A DNA stretch of 40,294 nt from Chiloscyllium plagiosum (lineage: Eukaryota). Within the stretch, counting starts at the first letter, position 1; each line of letters begins with the position of its first letter. Under the pieces are notes generated by a model, which was given only the letters and a program-made list of their open reading frames with translations, was not told where the DNA came from and searched no databases. The position numbers and the translations under genes are program-made. This document shows positions 35,754-40,294 of the stretch, one piece after another. The stretch is from the NCBI RefSeq assembly GCF_004010195.1, contig NC_057718.1, forward strand, positions 6,499,611 to 6,539,904. The letters run 5' to 3'.

Positions 35754-36205
35754 AGTTGAAAAATGTGGTGCTGGAAAAACACAGCAGGCCAGGCAGCATC
35801 CGAGGAGCAGGAGAATCGACGTTTCGGGCATAAGCCCTTCTTCAGGAATGAGGCTGGTGTGCGCGTGGGTGGTGTCCCGAACGTAGGTGGGGAGTTCTTG
35901 GACTAAGGGGGACAGGACCGTGTCGAGGTATGCAGAGATGTGTTCAGTGGGGCAGGAGCAGGCTAGATAATGGGTCGGCCGGGGCAGTCAGGTTTGTGGA
36001 TTTAGGGCAGGAGGTAGAAACAGGCGGTGCGGGGTTGTGGGACTATGAGGTTGGAGGTGGTGAATGGGAGTTCCCCTGAGGTGATGAGGTTATGGATGGT
36101 CTGGGAGATGATGGTTTGGTGGTGGGAGGTGGGGTCATGGTCAAAGGGACAGGAGGAGGAGTTGTACACGAGTTGGCGTCTAGCTTCAGCGGTGTAAAGA
36201 TCGCA
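35754..36205 (-). mobile_element. PLE family A: RT N-terminal fragment fused to the terminal repeat
   Basis: PQPRTACFYLLP, KIHKPDCPGRPII and YLDTVLSPLVQELPTYVRDTTH (frameshifted), then the terminal repeat at 35754-35860. Confidence 0.88.
35813..35850 (-). ncRNA. Minimal type I hammerhead ribozyme (best family A copy)
   Basis: ATTC-CTGAAGA-A-GGGC-ttat-GCCC-GAAA-CGTC-GATT, with palindromic ACGT stem III and a GUC cleavage site. Confidence 0.75.
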
Positions 36206-36239
36206 GCCTTGCTGAAGCACAAAGGAACTCCCATTATCG

Positions 36240-36243
36240 CTAC

Positions 36244-36294
<51 letters not shown>

Positions 36295-36372
36295 CCGACC
36301 GACTTACCTATCTATCTACCTATCTACCTACCTACCTATCCATCTATCTATCTATCTACCTACCTATTTGTC
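36240..36372. repeat. (TATC)n/(TACC)n compound microsatellite
   Basis: Seen directly; abuts a Rex-like TTTATTGTCAC tail. Confidence 0.97.
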
Positions 36373-37661
36373 TATTTACTTATTTATTGTCACTTGCATT
36401 TTACAGTCAATAATACAGAAAAATACTGTGAAACGCTTCAACAGTTGCCACAATCCGGCACCATTTGGAATAGTTTAAGAATATAAAGGATAAAAGATAG
36501 ACCAGAAAGAGAGTCTGGAGCAGTGAGCCAGTGCACCAATGATATCTGTGCACTACCTCTCCTCCAAAGCATCACCACCACTTGTGTCTGATCCACCAAT
36601 GTAACAGTTGCTATTCTTTAGGTGCCATCTCTTCACGGCTGGGACCACCCCACCACCACTGCCGCAAATGGTGGGTACCATGCTGAACCCATGATTGTGG
36701 TGAGGTCTACAATCATGACAATAAGGTGTGAGCCAAGGAATTGACAATTTTAACTTGCGATATGGCACATTGTCCTGCGTTTACAAAATAGTATCAAACC
36801 TCCTGCCAAATAGTTTTCCAGAGTGGGAAATAAGATCCCTTTAAATATATTCCAAGTATAACAAGGGAATCATTGCTGCAAATGTAATAATATTGCTCTG
36901 CTCAGTAGTGCCCAGCCAGTGTAAACATTAACCTTCCAGTCATACACACACAGTTACTGCTAATTTATGCTTCCAGAAGGTCATTTTTAACTGCATGTTT
37001 TCTCTGAGATGCCCTGATTGAATAGTAATGAATGTGCAAAAAAAGAAATGCAGAACATTGGCTGTCTGATATTTCATTTCACTTTATCATGACCTGTCTC
37101 ATTAGAGCAGGCAATCTTTCATTGTGCGTCACTTCAAAAGGCAACTCGGAGCACTTGGAATTATGGATTGCCCTCCCAAAAGCAGCGGACACCATTTACT
37201 GCACAAGTTTTTTTGCAAGCAGCCTGAAGGGCAGGCCAAGATCACAGTTCTTTAAAAGTTTCTTGCAATCTTGTTCTGTTTTGTCAAGCATTCCCCAGCT
37301 TCTGCTGCCACTGTGCGGGATTTCTCATTTCAAGATATCCCCCTCTCTCTGACTGTCTGTCTTACAGGGCTGATATTCCAGTGGAACCTCCTAACCTTAT
37401 GTCAGACACTCTGTCTGTTCAAGCTAATCCCTGACAAACATTCTTATTCAAGATGTCATTCACTACCAGCTTCTCAATGTTCTTTGACTCACCAATTGAA
37501 GCCTCCTTGGGTGTGGTTCTCACTGTGATTTGTATTACACTGGGTATACAGCCCACAGCTGGGGCATTCTGCCCAACAGGTCTGTGCCAATTCATGCCCC
37601 ACTCAAGCCACCTCCCACCTTATTCCTTCTAAACCTACCCTCCTACTCCTTTCAGCTCTGA

Positions 37662-38060
37662 CACGTTGGCTCAATTAGCTGGATGACTGGTTTATAATGC
37701 CAAGTGATGCCAACACCATTGATATAATTCCTGCACTGGCTGAAGTTACCATGAAGGCCTCACTTTCTTCACCTCCCCTGGCGCTCAGGTAAAACCATTG
37801 CCAGTCATCTCTCTCCCATTAGGACTATGGTGACTTTACCCATAGCTGCTTTTCATTGGGGATTGCTTAGCTCAGTTGGGTAGACAGCTAGTCTACTGTC
37901 CAGATTGATGCCAACAGTATGGACTCAGTTCTTGCACAGCCTATAGCTACCTGGAATGATTCCTCTTCCTTTACCTGATCCACCCACTCTCCACCAATCA
38001 TCTCCCTCCAATGAGAGAGCAGCCCAATGGCACAGATTGGCCACTTCACTTTCTCACCTT
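37662..38060 (+). mobile_element. Two tandem degenerate tRNA-SINEs of one family
   Basis: Two heads, GGCTCAATTAGCTGG...GATGCCAACA and AGCTCAGTTGGGTAG...GATGCCAACA, with similar 3' ends. Confidence 0.6.
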
Positions 38061-38137
38061 TTTTTTAAACATTGCTCAACATTATGTCTCTCAACCATTC
38101 CACATCCAGTTTTTATATTCTCAGCATTCTCTGGACA

Positions 38138-38216
38138 AGATTTGGAGATGCCGGTATTGGACTGGGGTGTACAAAGTTAAAAAGTTATAGATCTGAGTGT
38201 TGTGTGATTTTTAACT
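38138..38216. mobile_element. PLE family B fold-back with its centre deleted
   Basis: Tail plus AGTTAAAAA, closely followed by GTGTTGTGTGATTTTTAACT. Confidence 0.75.
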
Positions 38217-38726
38217 TCTCGAACAAAGGAACATAGAAAATTGAAGCAGAAATAGGCCATTCGGTCCTTCAAATCTGCTCTACCATTCAATTTGAACATG
38301 GCTGATCATTCAACTCCATTAACCATTTCTACTTGAGAAAGAAGTTTCTCTGGATGTCTTATTGGTACCTTTTTTTAATACTTATTGCCCATATTAATTT
38401 TTGATCCATATAGGGACCACAATGTTTACCCTTTGAAGTGAAGGGATTAAATTTGAAGTCACCTTATCTCCAAGCTGTTAGTCAGGCATTTGTGTTTCAC
38501 CATTTGCACTCTTGAGACTTTAAGTTTTGAGGGTTGAGAAAGATTTGAAACTTTGCTTTTGCTGATCATGGTATACTTTACTCCCATTGCTCCCTGTCTT
38601 TCCTCAGGCCTAACCTCCCACTGTGGAATTCTGATATCTGGCCACAGTACGGGAATTATTTGATGTTGCAGGTTTCATGTTTTAAAATATATTGTGGTTC
38701 CACATGTTTCCCATAGCTGTTATTTC

Positions 38727-39920
38727 TGTAGGATTGTAATGAGTCTTCCAGATAGACTTCATAGAAAATGACTTCTCTGATTGAGGCTGATAATTTGGTC
38801 CCATCAGGGAGTCCTGGCTGATAGGAGGGTCAGAGGTTTCTGCCCACTCTGAGAGCTGGTGCTGAGAGAGCTGGATCAGTAACAAAGACTCTCAATGTGT
38901 AAATTAAAGGTGACGTGGTGATGGGCCTCTGTGTACTTATTTCAATAGCACCAGGAAGTGAAATTCACTCAAAATAGTCATCTTTCTGGCATTGTGCCAT
39001 TATTTGGGAAGCTTGACTCATTCAATCCTGCCGTCGAAGACTGAGCCCAGCATGTGGAAAGAATGCATTATTTTTTCTGGGCAAATGACATTGGGGCAGA
39101 TATACAGCAATGAGTAATTCTCCTGGCAGCTTGTGGACCTGCAACCTTTTTGGTCATTAGGAGCCTATCTTTCCCTGAGGCACCTGATCCCAGAACCTTT
39201 CAAGAGTTTGCAGACTTAGTGAAGGAATATTATGGCCCCAAGTCTCCCCTAGTTCGGTTTTACTCAGCAATTCAAGAACCTGGGGAATCCGTATCAGGAT
39301 TTTTGACTAGGTTAACATGACTGACAGATTTTGGTGTAATCCTTAATCGGATGCTGAGGGACTGTTTGGTATGTGGGATTAATAATGTAACCATGGAAAA
39401 GCACTTAGTCACTGAATCCCAGCTGGACTTCAAACAGGCATCACAACTGGCTGCATCGTGGGAAAATGCGGTAAGTGGAGCATATGAGTTGCAGAGTACA
39501 CCGATGGAAGTGGGCACTCTCGCTAGTCTGACTGAGTGAAGGAAATTGTGTCGCCTCACTGAGGGCAAATCCTAAACAGAGGGACTCCAGGTCAGCCCAC
39601 AGCAAAACCCCAAAACAAAGCCAAGCCTTGACCAAATGGTTAACATTTTCTTCAGGATCTGAGCCAGCAAGCCATTGTAGTTGCTGCTGGTGTGTGAACT
39701 CGAGACAACAAAATTGTCCCGCTAGAACTAAATGGATTAAGAGAACACATAGGCCAATATCCAGGAGAATGCACATTCTGGACAGTTCGTGTACATCTGG
39801 TTTGGAACAGTTAAATTGCTTAGCAACATCCAAATCAGAACCAACGAAAATAAACATCTGGTTAAATGGTCACCCAGTTCGAATGCAGGTCGACACCAGT
39901 GCAGCCGTTTCAGTGATCAC
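38727..39920 (+). mobile_element. Gypsy/Ty3 LTR retrotransposon 5' part: LTR (38727-38944), gag and protease, decayed
   Basis: TGTA...TTCA LTR; gag PLFGKLDSFNP...ILLAACG...QEPGESVSGF...MLRDCLVCGIN; protease INIWLNGHPVRMQVDTSAAVSVI; several stops. Confidence 0.85.
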
Positions 39921-40098
39921 AGGATGCAGAGCTGGGCTGAGAAATGACAGATGGAGTTCAACCTGGATAAATGTGAAGTGATGCATTTTGGAAGGTCGAA
40001 CTCGAATGCTGAATATAGGATTAAAGACAGGATTCTTGGCAGTGTGGAGGAACAAAGGGATCTGGGTGTGAAAGTTCAACATTGCCACCCATGTGGAT
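39921..40098 (+). mobile_element. CR1 fragment
   Basis: MEFNLDKCEVMHFGRSN...EEQRDLGV. Confidence 0.85.
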
Positions 40099-40294
40099 AA
40101 AGTGAGGTCTGCAGATGCTGGAGATCAGAGCTGAAAAATGTGTTGCTGGAAAAGCGCAGCTGGTCAGGCAGCATCCAAGGAGCAGGAGAATCGACGTTTC
40201 ATGCATGAGCCCTTCTTCAGGAATGAGGAGGGTGTGCCAAGCAGGCTAAGATAAAAGGTAGGGAGGAGGGACTTGGGGGAGGGGCGTTGGAAAT
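40099..40294 (-). mobile_element. PLE family A terminal repeat (runs off the window)
   Basis: AAAGTGAGGTCTGCAGATGCTGGAGATCAGAG...; hammerhead with a broken stem II at ~40190-40225. Confidence 0.85.

Noticed and set aside
36092..36478. 128-aa ORF with IYLS repeats
   Set aside because: It is PLE antisense sequence plus the (TATC)n microsatellite.

Overview
Eukaryotic, repeat-saturated DNA, almost certainly from a cartilaginous fish. A shark is inferred from HE1-like V-SINEs, HER1/CR1 LINEs and SacSINE1-like DeuSINEs. I recognise no intact host protein-coding gene; the ORF-track entries are LINE/PLE/Gypsy fragments, antisense shadows or gap artefacts. The window contains many 5'-truncated CR1 LINEs (often nested), a Rex1/Babar RT, a decayed Gypsy gag-protease with its 5' LTR plus two solo LTRs, at least four SINE families, tandem duplications, minisatellites and a 500-N gap. 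The most striking pattern is a dense set of Penelope-like element (PLE) derivatives from about four families. Many are 100-220 bp fold-back inserts in which one arm carries a 30-40 nt extra tail; they are flanked by 7-16 bp target-site duplications (TSDs) and several carry minimal hammerhead ribozyme cores. A few + strand splice-signal-bounded segments, best at 18915-19070, may be exons of a host transcript. Family names come from motif recognition only, no database search was run, and boundaries of decayed repeats are approximate.
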